Assembly: GCF_001194135.2 (NCBI RefSeq)
Contig: NC_068984.1
Coordinates: 32,705,017-32,769,016, forward strand
Reading direction: 5' to 3'
DNA length: 64,000 bases
Origin: Octopus bimaculoides
Taxonomy: Eukaryota
Position 1 is the first letter of the stretch. Every line of letters starts with the position of its first letter. The translations under genes and the position numbers were made by a program. This document shows, piece by piece, positions 26,671 to 40,276 of the stretch. Under the pieces are notes generated by a model. It searched no databases and had not been told where the DNA came from. It was given only the letters and a program-made list of their open reading frames with translations.

Positions 26671-29080
26671 TGTGTGTGTGTGTGTGTGCTGAGGTATTTG
26701 GTCAATTAGCTTGTTGGGCACGTGATTATAAAGTAGATTCAATTACTGGATCGCGGAATGCATTGTGGCCATAAGCAAGGTGCATCATTTCACGCTGATT
26801 CTATCAACTCAGGTGCAACTAAGTACTAACAGATCGATGGTATAGCTCTCTCTCCCTCTCTTCCTCTCTCTCATTTTTCTCTCTCTATCTTTCTTTCACT
26901 CCTCAACATATCACATCCTTGATATTCTGCTGGGCGAAGGGTAAGAAGTCCGTGAGTGTATTTATGTTCAGCACTGCAAGTATACTTTTCTGCCCATTCA
27001 CTTGAAGCTTCTCGGGGTACTCCCACCAACCAAAAAAACAACAACAACAACAACAAAAAAAAACGTATACACGATTTTACATTCTCAACTTCGAACAAAG
27101 AAATAGAATACTTCTACTACAGGGACAGTACGCAATACTTTTTATAACGTGCAATCTACTTTCGACGATTATATGTGATGTTGTTAACAGCAATACCATC
27201 CACAACAACACTATCAAATCTGTCATTAATGGATACAGAGGCCGTAAACAATCACTTTACTTGATCTTTATATTTATGCCAAAATGTATTGGACTGCTAT
27301 TAGAAAACTCTTTAGAAAATATTTCTGTCGGCTATATGAAGCGGTTCAAGAACTATTGGAATGAAATCCCACCCAACTTAAAACACATCTAAAACCGCTT
27401 CTACTGCGGGCATATTTTGCCACCCGAAAAATAGTTGTCACAAATATTGATTGTTTTTCTTTTTGAACTCTTGTAATGTTTGTCGGTTTTCTAAAGACAT
27501 GAAAATCCAGTGAAAATCTGCTTTAGCAGTGATCGATGAAAATCTTAACAATCTGTCGACTTAATCGCTTCCATCATCACGATCACAACCACCGTTCTCA
27601 TTAGTTCCATCATCACCATCGCTACCATCCTAACTATCACTCAACACTAATTTATCTCTGTATCAAAACAAATAGGAAAGAAATGACTAAAGAACATATA
27701 CAATTTTTTTAATTTTAAATATATGATTGCAGTCTTGAAAGTTTTTCGAAATTCTCGAAAATATCATTAAGCAACTGATCATATTGACGAGAGTTGGAAA
27801 AATTCCAACGACTCGCAGGTTGGAGGTTATTGGTAATATCGTTAAAGAAAACATGTGATAACAAGTAGTGGACAATCAATATTTCTTTGCACACAGATTC
27901 TGTCACTTAAGAACAACACTTATGTCATACTTACATTGTGCGTGGTAATGAAATTAGCCGACATGCGTCAAGCAGGTGGATAGCAAAGCGAGACGTACAC
28001 ACTAACAACTGTCTCCACAGAGTAGACTTTTAGACATTATTATAAGGTAAATAATAACTTCCCTATACATCAAATACGACCTAATAAAATACTGATTAAA
28101 AATTGCGGAGGTTCTAGACTTCACTTTGATGAGAGGAGTGTAATTTAAAGTATAGTCTCAAGATCTGGGCTAGTAAACCGAAATTTAACACTCTTGTCTG
28201 TATCCTACAATCTTTATATCAGGCATGAAATAAACAAAGTATTTCTGTACAATGAGTTTCTTCACTGGAAAAGATTAAGTCCTTTTGGTCCAAGTCCTAG
28301 GTGAAGAATGAAAAAAAATTAAAATAAACGATTTCGATTATAAAGCATCGTGGATTTACACACAATCTGAACAGAGTCTGCCAGACATTCTGTTCAATGA
28401 TATAAAAGATTCGTCAAGGCACAGTTTTCGATTGACATTTTGTTTTTAAACCCGAATGACTGGTAGACGAAATTCACTTCATAGGGTTTTGAACATAGAG
28501 AACGAAGATTTAAAACAACTACCACGATGCATTCAATCCCACGATCGAAGGGCGCTGTCAATTTGCCGTTTTATCAACGCTAATGTTTAACAAAGGAATG
28601 AAAATTTTCTTAAAAGTTGTGGGTTAGTTGTAGAAAAGAGAAGACATTAGAACGAAATTTATTAGTGTAAAGGAAGATGGAATTGATATGCAAAACTGTT
28701 TGGTTGTTAAAGTGCAGTCAAATCTTGCAGCCAAGAATAAAAATACATTCTTGGCAGAAAACTATAGCTCTATTGTTTGCTTGGACATTATTTATAAATT
28801 TTATACAAGTTGCTGAAAATCAATTACCTTAGACCATTGCAAGCCCAACAACACAGTGACTGATGAGCAACCAGGTATTAAAAGGAAGTGTAGGGTGTGC
28901 CAGCAATGTTTTTAATTAAAAGAAATATTGTTTTCAGTGAAATGAAAATGCCGTAGGAACCTCGTAACTGCAAGACATGATTACAATAGAACAAAAAAAC
29001 AAATAAAAAGAGCAAAAAGGTTTGAAGCTATTCTTCACCCCTCATTTCAGGAATTCCTTCAGTTTGAAAAATAATAGTTT

Positions 29081-29254
29081 GAAATTTTAGCACAAGGCCA
29101 GCAATTCTGGAGGCTGGAATAAGTCAATTGCATCGATCCCAGTGTTCAAGTGGTACTTATTTTATCGATCCCAAAAGTATGAAGGTCAAAGTTTACCTTT
29201 GCGGAAACTGGTACTCAGAACATAAACACGGACAAAATGCCACTATGCATTTTC
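29081..29254 (-). mobile_element. SINE family B
   Basis: ttagcacaaggccagcaatt...ggtacttattttatcgatcccaaaagtatgaaggtcaaagt...tactcagaac is colinear with other family B copies. Confidence 0.7.
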
Positions 29255-30030
29255 AAAAATAACACCTGTTGCGAATTCGTCAAACGTCATCATCACTGTC
29301 GTCATCATCTTCATCATCATTATGCTCATCATCGTAATCGTCTCCGTCATCGTCGTCGTCGTTGTCGTCATCAATATTGTGGTGTCGTTGTCGTCGCCAT
29401 CGTTTAACAGATAACAATTTCGAAAGCATTACTTGAAAGAAACGATGTGCTTTTATATATTTTGAAACTGAATTTATTGTAATAACTGTCGCAAAATTCC
29501 GGTTTCTATTTGACTGGTTCTACACTAACAAAATCACGGTTTTAACGCATAATTGTTTTCTTACTGTACTTCGAAATGGACACTGGGATAAAGTAAACTA
29601 ATTTCATCCTTAGAACGTTGGAAAACAGTTTCCCAAATATAAACATCAACGATTTTCTTGTTTATTCTGTTCCATGGAATAAGAGCTACAAATATCTGAA
29701 TAATAAAACTGTAATATAAAGGTGATGAAAACAAAGACAGAGAGAGCAAATTGAATGAATCCAAAAGTTTTAAAAGATGTCAGTCGGAACATTTTACAAC
29801 AAAATAACACCCAACAATGCCTCTACAACATCGGTACCAATATTTATTGCTCTTGGCCGGATTATATAAGAAAACTGCAATAATTGTTTCTTTATTGCTT
29901 TATCGATGCACGGTATTACCTGCATCAATACTGCTGCATAGGATTACCTTAATCAAACCTTGCTCAGGAAAGATGAGGGAGTGGAAAAGAGGTTTTAAAT
30001 CAAGTCAGAAAAACTTCAAAATAACTACAT

Positions 30031-30914
30031 CGGGATACCGTCGGGGGAAGTTATGAAGCAAATAGAAGAGACAGGCTATAAGTACTTGGGGATATTAGAT
30101 ATGGATAAATTGATAGAGAAAGAAATGACAGAAAAATTTAAGATGGAGTACTTGCGCAGACTGAGACTGGTGCTTAAGTCGAAGTTAAACGGACGGAAGA
30201 AAATTGAAGCTATCAACACCTAGGTGGTTTCACTCCTTAGATATGGAGTGGGGGTAATCACAGGGACAGTAGATGAACTAAACAACTTAGACAGAAAGAC
30301 ACGGATGTTTCTGACTAGATATGGGATACTCCACCCACAAAGTGACGTGACACAAACAAACTGTATGTACCAAGAAAAGAGGAGGGATTGGATGCGAACA
30401 CAGCTTTAGAGAAGAAGAAATCAACATAGCATGGCATGTAAAAAATGCCACAGAACTGTTTAGACTGGAAGGAATAAATGAAACTGAAAATAGGTGGATA
30501 GAGAATAGAATACAGGGACAATTTCATAGGGATGTTGAAGATGAGACAGACAGAGGGAAAATATGTCTATGGATGACTAAAATGATTTAAAACCGGAAAC
30601 GGAGGCTCTAATCTGTGCTGCCCAAAAGCAAGCAAGAGAACTAATTACATCAAATACAGAATAGAAAACACATCAGAAAGTGATAAGTGCAGAATTTGTG
30701 AACAAAATAGTGAAACTGTAAGGCATATTACCAGTAAATGTACGCCACTAGCCCAGGAAGAATATAAGAGGCGTCACGACAACACAGCAAGGACTGTCCA
30801 TTGGGCACTTTGCAACAAGTATGAACTTGACAGAGCAAAAATGTGGTATGAACATAAACCCGAAAGCATCATCGAAAATGATAATGCCAAGATCCTATGG
30901 GATTTTATGATTCA
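30031..30914 (+). mobile_element. R4/Dong-clade non-LTR retrotransposon, 5'-truncated (end of RT, CCHC knuckle, start of RLE)
   Basis: Translation across stops and frameshifts gives IPSGEVMKQIEETGYKYLGIL..EYLRRLRLVLKSKLNGRKKIEAINT*VVSLLRYG..LDRKTR..LHPQSDV, then KPETEALICAAQ, DKCRICEQNSETVRHITSKC (CCHC), YKRRHD and KILWDFMIQ. Confidence 0.9.
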
Positions 30915-30987
30915 ATTAACACTATGTCTGGTTTCCTATTCTCTATCTCATGGTCACACTGAATCATAAAATCCCATAGGATCTTGG
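30915..30987 (-). mobile_element. Inverted continuation of the same LINE (RLE PD motif), with a 28-bp duplicated arm
   Basis: The minus strand from 30987 reads KILWDFMIQCDHEIENRKPDIVLIE; 30960-30987 is the exact reverse complement of 30887-30914. Confidence 0.85.
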
Positions 30988-31300
30988 AATCGACCACTTT
31001 GGGTGCCATAATAATAAACTATCAATGTACTGCCGATTATGTTAATTATGTCATACATTCATGAAAGATACACAAGCAATTAGTAGCTGTCCAAAAATGT
31101 CATCAACGTATTAATTTCGTATGCAAGATGACATTTTTACCAGAACAATGCCGTCTACATGAAGAACTTCTCTGCGAAAAATATTAAAAGAATATATTAT
31201 TTTGCTATTGCTTATATCGATATATTGCAACATAAGGAATATTAGTCAATCTTTTTCAACAAAACTTCTTCCATTATATGCAACTACAACATGCCTGAAA

Positions 31301-31521
31301 TACGAGAAGGTACTGAAAAGTTTCCGGATTTAAAGGTATCGCGAAAGGTCTGGTTGGAGGCCCAAATTCCGAGTTCTTTTACAGAGCTTAGAAAATCTGA
31401 AGGGCCGCCGAAATAAGCGTGTGAATCTGATAGGGGTATACATTGAATAAAATCATAATTAACTGATTCTCCTGTATTTTCTTTTACCCAAAACCAGGAA
31501 CTTTTCAGCGTCTCCCGCGTA
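31301..31521. mobile_element. Mariner-type MITE (~220 bp)
   Basis: The left end tacgagaaggtactgaaaagtttcc pairs with the right end ccaggaacttttcagcgtctcccgcgta. TA termini, no ORF. Confidence 0.75.
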
Positions 31522-32763
31522 CTTTCATGGAATGCAAAAAAAAATTATACAGGAATGTGGAGGTTGCCTTCATAGCGCTCTGTGAATATTTCTTTCAAAA
31601 TTAATGAGGACAATCTCTAATCAGATTATGAATTTACATGTCCCCATATTCATTGGTAGTATTTGTTTACTATGTTATTAAATGTTTACGAAATAATTTC
31701 GAAAGGCTGGAGATATATATGTGGAGCAAAGAAGATTTGAATACACAGTCTGGTAATTCAATCTGTGGGCAGGAAAATGAAAATAAATAATATTTTCGTA
31801 ACTTCAACATGTAATTTGTTTTAGCTTTTGATAATGTTAGAATTTGTCCGCTTCTTTTAAACAGTTATAAACTAGACACATAAATGAGCACACAGACATA
31901 AATCTACGCACCCATACTGTCTCTCTCACACGCAAGCATGCAGACAGACAGACACACATATATGTGTATGTATATGTATATGTGTGTGTGTATATATAAT
32001 TATATATATATATACACGAATTATTTTATAATTATATACATAATTATAACTAGGGTTCAGCTTAAAGCATCACCTCGTACTGCTAATAATAGACGTTAAA
32101 GTCTTTTTTTTACTACCTTAAAATCTCCGAGAAAAACACAATGCGAGCAAGTAAAAGAAAGATAATGAATCGAAACAATGCTTAACCGAAGACGTGTTTC
32201 GAACTCAAAGTAAAAATAATTTTACTTACTGTCTCATCAGTACGGTACTCCTTAAAGTATAAATTTAGGAGTATTTCAAAAATATGCACTTGATCATGCG
32301 ACATCAAGTGTACTGTATCCAATTACACTTGCAAAAAAGATTTACTGCCGCGTTTAATTCAAAACTCACTTTTATACCCACGTGTGTTTTCATATTTCAG
32401 ACCGCAGTTAATGCCGTTTCGATCATGGAGTGAATTATATATGCATATGTGTATTTATGTATGTATATAGATGCGTGGTGCGTTTATATACATACACGCA
32501 GATAATACACATATATGTACATGTATATTATAAGTTTGTATGAATATCAGATATAGTTGTTAAGAAATTCAATTCGCAGCCACGTTGTCCTGGTGCTCAT
32601 TTCTTCTGGGTATGTCTAGAACTATCGCTAATATCTTGTGAGTGAAATTCGACAGACAAGGAGTCCGCAGGAACTCACGAAGTATTTAAATGCATCAAAT
32701 TTCGCCAAATAAATATTTGGCAGTAAACATATATAATTCATGCAGCCAAAAGAGTTTCTGTAA

Positions 32764-34034
32764 TACGTTCGACTGAAAAGTTCATAGGTTGACCAAGAAT
32801 GAAACCAAATAAGTTTTATTTTTTAGCATATTCCCTCTTCCTCTCCACACACTTCTATCGATGTTGCAGATTTTGGATCTCATTGGTGGAGAAGCTTTCA
32901 TTTTGTTGGTAAAAACGTCATTAACAGCAGGTTTGACGTCATCATCATTGCGATACTGTTTCCCAGCCAAATGCTTTATCATATTAGGAAACAGCCGATA
33001 GTCAAATGGGGCTAAATCAGAAGATTATGGAGGGTTATTAACTGGTTCAAAGCCACAGTAAAGCACAGAAGCCATGGAAACCAAGGACTTGTGCGCTGAA
33101 GTATTGTTCTCATTAAACAAAACTTCTTTCGTCAATTTTCCTGGGTATTTGGTCTTTATAACCTTTCGTAACTGCCTCAGCAAATTGGCATAGTACTCTC
33201 CATTGCTGGTGTGGTCCTTTTCAAGATAGTCAATAAACCCAATGTCTTTTGCACCCACAAAAACTAAGGCTGTCACCTTCACTGCAGATGAAACAACATT
33301 GGACTTCTTTGGAGCCGGTGAGGGGATGTTTCCACTTCGTTGATAGTCTCTTTGTCTCTGGATGAAAATTATGAACCAAACACTCATCTAGGATTAGGAA
33401 ACGTTCACAGAAACCAAATAGGTCTGCCTCAAACGATGTCAGATTTTCCCGTGATGTGATTGACCGGATACACTTTTGATCAGAAGACGACATGGCACCC
33501 ACCGAGCAGAAACCATCATTATGCCAAGTTCTTTGCGTAGAATATTCTCAACTCTCTCATGGGATATGCTAATAGCATGGGCTATTTGATTTAAGGCCAG
33601 TCGCCTGTCATCCATCACCATGTGGTGAAAACGATCAATGTTTTCATCGGTGGTGGTAGATGCAAGATGTCCAGACCTGGGGTTATCTTCAAAACTCTCT
33701 CTTCCTCTGCTAAATCAAACTGCCCACCTTTGCACTATTGATAAAGTTGGAGCATCATTCCATAATATAACAAGCATGTCAGTATGAATGTCTTTGGGTA
33801 ATAAACCCTTTTTCTGCAAGTACTTGAGAACAACATGATGCCAAATTTTGCCAATTTTCAAGAGAGGTCACTACTAGTTACGTTTGAAGTGTTTCTTGAA
33901 TATTCAAATGTAAACTTACCTAGATAGAAACAAATTGTTATTAATAAAAAGAGCGAAAATAACGCAAGCAAGATTTCACAGCTCTAATATCAATCCTTCA
34001 TATACAGCCTATGAATGTTTAGCCCACCCTCGCA
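32764..34034 (-). mobile_element. Full-length (~1.27 kb) inactive mariner transposon (DD34D transposase pseudogene)
   Basis: Minus strand: KIWHHVVLKYLQKKGLLPKDIH..RGRESFEDNPRSG..MDDRRLALNQIA..VSARWVP..LDECLVHNFHP..IGFIDYLEKDHTSNGEYYANLL..LFNENNTSAHKS..PP*SSDLAPFDY..KHLAGKQYRNDDDVK. Degenerate TIRs are tacgttcgactgaaaagttcatagg and cctatgaatgtttagcccaccctcgca. It carries stops and frameshifts, and the second catalytic D position reads N. Confidence 0.92.
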
Positions 34035-36264
34035 GTAGCAATTCAGGTAGTTTAGAATACCGATATTGTTATTGTTCATACTTTGCATGTGTCATTTTGT
34101 CATTTTTATTGACAATATGAATAATTGTTTTATACCATCTAGAATAATTGTTTATATTGTCCTGATAGTTATGCGTAAGAAAGATCTATAATGTTTAGTT
34201 TTTGTTGCTATAGTAATTTCTTAATTTTATTTCTATATTTCTTTCTTTATATATTCATTTATGTGGTTATGTATATGATTCTGTCTGGTAAACTCTAACC
34301 CACAGTCTTATTCTGTAAACAAACTCATTGGTTCAGGAGTGGTGGGTGTGATAAAAGCGGCAGTATATAAAAATATATAAAAAGGTCACAAACTTTTATG
34401 CTGTGTTATTAACAATCAAATACTGTCTTCTTCAGTGATGCAGTACTTCGTTTTCCTGATTTGTCCGTCAAGGGCTATTTAAATAGACTTATCGGTATCA
34501 TTACTAACTGCAAAGAACTAACAAGTAATACCCAGCAAAGCCATCAGTGAATTAATTTCCATTAGAGCTTACATGTGCAGCTGCAGTAAAGTGCCCGACT
34601 GATTACCTTGATATCAAGACAGTCGTTTATCACATTGCTAAATCAATCGTTTGTCTAATTACTTGATTTAGATAATTACATAAGTAATTTTGAACGTCTT
34701 AAGATCATCATTTGTCGAACCTCCATCCTTTACTTGTTCAAAGTCTTTTGATTAGTAAACCTTTCTACAATACTTTTGAGATTATTCGCAACAGCCCGTA
34801 TTCATCTAACTTAACCACTTATACAAGATGTTACCAAATAAAGTATTATAAAAGTGTTGCACCATTGAGGTACCTTTCCTTTGCACATACATAAACGAGT
34901 ATCCATGAGCTTTTCAATCAACTTAACACCCACTACTTACTCTTATTAGAGAACTCACTTGAAAGAGAAAATAACTATTCGTTAACTCTACCATTTGTAG
35001 GCTTAAGCTTTCTCATATATATATCAGAATGATATGTTTGCTGGTTACCAATAATTCATCGAATTTATACATTTAAGAAGTGCTTTTAAGCCAATTGTGT
35101 GCCATTGATCTCCAATAATAGAGTTTTCTTTACTTCTTCTTCATTTATTGTTTTTTGAAAACTATTGGCTTCTTTGACTTAAATTCGATATTAACAATTA
35201 ACGAAGATTTCTACAACGAAACGTTAAGCTTCCAAATGATAATCTCACTATAGTTGGTTACGCTGACCTCCTTAATCAGGGGACATTCTTAAGGAATACG
35301 AGCAAATCTTCAATACAGTTAAAATCGTAAAAATTACATTTGCTGCATAACTTTCCTTTCTAAGCTTTCTCACACAAAATAATTTTTACGCTGATGATAT
35401 CAGAATAAGAAACAAACATTTCCAAACTTATCTCCTGTATCTGATGAGAAAAGAAAAATATTAGTTATAGACAAATGAAGATTTTATGTCATCTTTATTT
35501 ATTTCTAGTTAGTTTTAACCCTTTGTTTTAAATGCTGGCACCAATTTACTTATTGATAATGACCGTGATTTTTACCTAGATACTGATAAATTAAACACAT
35601 ATTCTCCATTGAACACAATTTTATATACAATCAAAACTGTGACATTTATTTGATCAAAACCATTTTAAGAACGAAGCCAATATACCCCCCACCACTCCCT
35701 TAAACACTATCCATAAGTACATCAATAAAATTTTGAAAAGGTTAACACCGGAAATATTTCTTTATTGAAATTGAATTATATATGCACCATAGAAAACGGC
35801 CATAGAAAACGAACGACTTGTTTAGTTGGATATCTTGTTAAAGGAACATGAAGTATTATCTCTCAGAAGACAGAGATGTAATACTTCTTTTATCTCTTGA
35901 TTATTTCTTGGAAATTCTTTAGGTATTTTGACCCTATATAAAATGACTTCGACTCTGAGACTTGGAATGGTATTATCGTGCACACATCGAAAGAAAAAGC
36001 AGATAGCACAACCACTATTAATATTTAGCGAGGCTGCTTTCATTATCACCGATTATGTATGTATGTATGTATGTATGTATGTATGTATGTATGTATGTAT
36101 GCATGCATGCATGCATGCATGTATGTATATTTGTATGTATGCATGTATGTACCTATCTATATGTATATAGGCATACATGTATATATATATATGTGTGTGT
36201 ATGTATAAACATACATACATGCATACACACACACACACACACACACACAAAAACACACATATAT

Positions 36265-36615
36265 AGGTGTAGGTGTGGTTGTGTGATAAAGACGTTTGCT
36301 TCCCAACAACAAGCTTAATTATCCTTGGGCAATTGTCTTCTATAACGTCGGGCAACCAAGGCCTTGTGAGTGGATTTGGTTAACGGAAATTAAAAGAAGC
36401 TCGTCGTAATTCATATGTGTGTGTGTGTGTATGTGTATGTTTGTCAACCACCACCGCTTGACACCCAATGTTGATGCGTTTGTGCCACCGTAACTTAGCA
36501 CTTCGGCAAAAGAAGCTAATAAAATCAGTACCAGACGTAAAAGAAGTACTGGCGTCGATTCACTTGACTAAAATTCTTCAAGGTTGTGCCTCAGTATGCC
36601 CGCGGTCTAATGACA
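36265..36615 (+). mobile_element. SINE family A, degraded copy
   Basis: aggtgtaggtgtggttgtgtgataaag..ccttgggcaattgtc..ccttgtgagtggatttgg..aagaagctcgtcgt, then (TG)n, then gtaacttagcacttcggc. Confidence 0.75.
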
Positions 36616-36684
36616 TGTATGTATGTATGTTTGTTTGTATGTATGTATGTATGTATGTATGTATGTATGTATGTATGTATGTGT

Positions 36685-37060
36685 GGAGGCGCAATGACCC
36701 AGTGGTTAGGGCAGCGGATGCGGTCATAGGATCGCGGTTTCGATTCCCAGACCGGGTGTTGTGAGTGTTTATTGAGCGAAAACACCTAAAGCTCCACGAG
36801 GCTCCAGCAGGGGATGGTGGCGAACCCTGCTGTACTCTTCCACCACAACTTTCTCTCACTCTTACTTCCTGTTTCTGTTGTGCCTGTATTTCAAAGGGCC
36901 AGCCTTGTCACACTTTGTCACGCTGAATATCCCCGAGAACTACGTTAAGGGTACACGTGTCTGTGGAGTGCTCAGCCACTTGCACGTTAATTTCACGCGC
37001 AGGCTGTTCCGTTGATCGGATCAACTGGAACCCTCGACGTCGTAAGCGACGGAGTGCCAA
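36685..37060 (+). mobile_element. tRNA-derived SINE family C variant
   Basis: A box tgacccagtggtta and B box ggtttcgattccc. The 3' body gagaactacgttaagggtacacgtg..ccgttgatcggatcaactggaaccctcg..gacggag is shared with 63641-63952. Confidence 0.8.
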
Positions 37061-37584
37061 CACACATGTAGGCATGTATGTATATTTTTGTATATATAGA
37101 TATAAACACTTTAGGAAGGTTGAATAATTTGTAGTTAATGGCAAGTTTGCATTATCATTCTAAAATATCCCGAACTCTGTTTAGCGTAGCATCATGGATT
37201 AGTATCATCTGTCATGATGGCAAGACTTTTCAGTTTTTAGTTATTCCTCAGAACTCACGTGAATTAAAATGTCATGTGTGCGGTTTCAAATCGAATTCTC
37301 CAGACGGAAATAAAATATCATTTTTGGATCACACAGTCGATTCGTCTTCATAAACTTTCTATGAAACCCCGTTTTCATTCAGCCTGAGATGCAGTTTTTA
37401 CTTCCGTCTCCGAGTACATTTTCCATTTCATTTACGTTTGCGTCAGATCGGCCATCGAAATAATCTCTAAATCTATCTTTTGAAGACATAAATATATTTC
37501 GTGCAATGTAATGCAAGGTCGGAAAATAATTTTTATTTTATACTTAAATTCAATCACACAAGCGCACACACATGCACATAAAGT

Positions 37585-37735
37585 CTCTCTCTCTCTCTCT
37601 CTCTGTTTCTCTCTCTGTTTCTCTCTCTCTCTCTGTTTCTCTCTGTCTCTCCCTATGTTTCTCTCTCTCTCTCTGTTTCTCTCTCTCTCTCTGTTTCTCT
37701 CTCTCTCTCTGTTTCTCTCTCTCCCCCTCTCTCTG
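37585..37735. repeat. (CT)n microsatellite periodically interrupted by GTTT
   Basis: Directly visible 12/18-bp higher-order units (ctctctctgttt). Confidence 0.9.
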
Positions 37736-38744
37736 TCACTCACTTCTAACTCACACACACACACANNNNNNNNNNNNNNNNNNNNNNNNNNNNNNNNNNN
37801 NNNNNNNNNNNNNNNNNNNNNNNNNNNNNNNNNNNNNNNNNNNNNNNNNNNNNNNNNNNNNNNNNNNNNNNNNNNNNNNNNNNNNNNNNNNNNNNNNNNN
37901 NNNNNNNNNNNNNNNNNNNNNNNNNNNNNNNNNNNNNNNNNNNNNNNNNNNNNNNNNNNNNNNNNNNNNNNNNNNNNNNNNNNNNNNNNNNNNNNNNNNN
38001 NNNNNNNNNNNNNNNNNNNNNNNNNNNNNNNNNNNNNNNNNNNNNNNNNNNNNNNNNNNNNNNNNNNNNNNNNNNNNNNNNNNNNNNNNNNNNNNNNNNN
38101 NNNNNNNNNNNNNNNNNNNNNNNNNNNNNNNNNNNNNNNNNNNNNNNNNNNNNNNNNNNNNNNNNNNNNNNNNNNNNNNNNNNNNNNNNNNNNNNNNNNN
38201 NNNNNNNNNNNNNNNNNNNNNNNNNNNNNNNNNNNNNNNNNNNNNNNNNNNNNNNNNNNNNNNNNNNNNNNNNNNNNNNNNNNNNNNNNNNNNNNNNNNN
38301 NNNNNNNNNNNNNNNNNNNNNNNNNNNNNNNNNNNNNNNNNNNNNNNNNNNNNNNNNNNNNNNNNNNNNNNNNNNNNNNNNNNNNNNNNNNNNNNNNNNN
38401 NNNNNNNNNNNNNNNNNNNNNNNNNNNNNNNNNNNNNNNNNNNNNNNNNNNNNNNNNNNNNNNNNNNNNNNNNNNNNNNNNNNNNNNNNNNNNNNNNNNN
38501 NNNNNNNNNNNNNNNNNNNNNNNNNNNNNNNNNNNNNNNNNNNNNNNNNNNNNNNNNNNNNNNNNNNNNNNNNNNNNNNNNNNNNNNNNNNNNNNNNNNN
38601 NNNNNNNNNNNNNNNNNNNNNNNNNNNNNNNNNNNNNNNNNNNNNNNNNNNNNNNNNNNNNNNNNNNNNNNNNNNNNNNNNNNNNNNNNNNNNNNNNNNN
38701 NNNNNNNNNNNNNNNNTATATATATATATATATCACTATCTTGA

Positions 38745-39080
38745 AGAACTTTAGACGAAGAGATCGACCCTAATTTAGTTTTAAAGCCTGGTACTTATTC
38801 TATCGGTTTAATTTGTCGAACCGCTATATTACGGGGATGGTAACAAAACAACATCGGTTGTCCAGTGGTGATGGGGTGCAAATATAGACACACACACACA
38901 TGCACACGCACATAAATACAACGAGCTTTTTTCAGTTTCTATCCATCAAATCCACTCACAAGGCTTTGGTCGGCACGAAGCTATAGCAGAAGACACTTTC
39001 TTAAGGTGCCACATAGTGAGATTGAATCCGGAACCATGTGGTTGGGAAGCAAACTTCTTACCACATAGCCACGCCTGCGC
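38745..39080 (-). mobile_element. SINE family A
   Basis: ggtacttattctatcgg..gaaccgctatattacgggg..aaatccactcacaaggctttggtcgg..gaaccatgtggttgggaagc..ccacatagccacgcctgcgc. Confidence 0.85.
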
Positions 39081-40276
39081 TTGTTATGTATATAACCTGC
39101 ATTCATATCTACGCCTTTATTGCTGCGTATAATTTCCATTCAGAAGTTTTTACAGAGAGATTCTCTAGTTATCTAACTGTAAAACTTCACTAATTACAAC
39201 GACAGTAATTCACAAAGCATTTCTAATATTATGAAATTCTTTACGCAAATTCGGTTTTATTCTTTGCTATGAAAATTTTTGTCCGGAAAGAATTTTATCC
39301 AGTGATGTCTCTTTTATACTTATTCCATGCATAAATGTAGTACAAATTCTTGTCCTATATGTGTGCGTTTCTCCATACTACCGAACTGTTGAAATATCGG
39401 ATAAGGTATCTCTTAGTATCTGTTCCAGTTCTATATATTCTGAGAGTAACGCCAGCAACGATTGGAGCGAAACTATATCGGCCATAGGGTGGCGGCCTTT
39501 CTCTTGGACAATATCGGTGGCGTGGTAAAGAGATACCTGTATGCATGAGCAATTACTAGTCTTCCAATAAAATAAAACCTTGCCCAGGCCTGTGCATACT
39601 GATAAAAATGTATGGTCAATACTGATGGATGAAGGTTTCAGTGCATTTGCTACATAAAGGAAAATGTAATGGTATTAAGTAGGATTTGAAATTGAACCAC
39701 ATTTTAGGTATTTGTGGTATTATCACCTGTCTTCTATCAAGTTTGATTCATATTTATTAACATTTTATTCCTTATTTTATCTCTTAATGAAATAACGACT
39801 GTTCGTAACTCTTTCAAACTAACTAATAAACAATCAGATAAACGAACGGTGATTAATGTTAACTGCAATCAGTTTTCAATTTAACGTCATCAAATTTAAT
39901 CATGGACGGCTATAGACGTCCATATTTAATACACGAAATACACGCAATAGACGACATTGTATCTCAGCGTCATTAAGCATTGCAAGGACAGGTTAGTCTC
40001 GAAACATTGTTTATCCAATTTATAAATTTACCCAGTCTGACGATCCTTCAACTCAATTTTCTTCCCTCACAGTTAAAATGAAAGAGTAGCCAACAAGAAT
40101 TCGGTAAAAGTTGCTTCTGATATCATTAATGTATATCATCCTGCCGAATAATCATGATGATGATCGCTATTGCCTCTTGCTGCGTTATCATACTGATTCT
40201 GATTCTCCCTATCTCCTGCTCCATCTCCTCCTTCTCCACCTCCACCTAAAGCTCTACGAGGCTCCGGACATGGATC

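Noticed and set aside
35270-35400. QGT..FYADDI, an RT-like motif pair
   Set aside because: The motifs are in different frames, their spacing and intervening residues do not match RT domains 4-5, and chance is likely.
37270-37330. KCHVCGFKSNS, a C2H2 zinc-finger-like start
   Set aside because: The histidines are missing at the required positions and there is no exon context.
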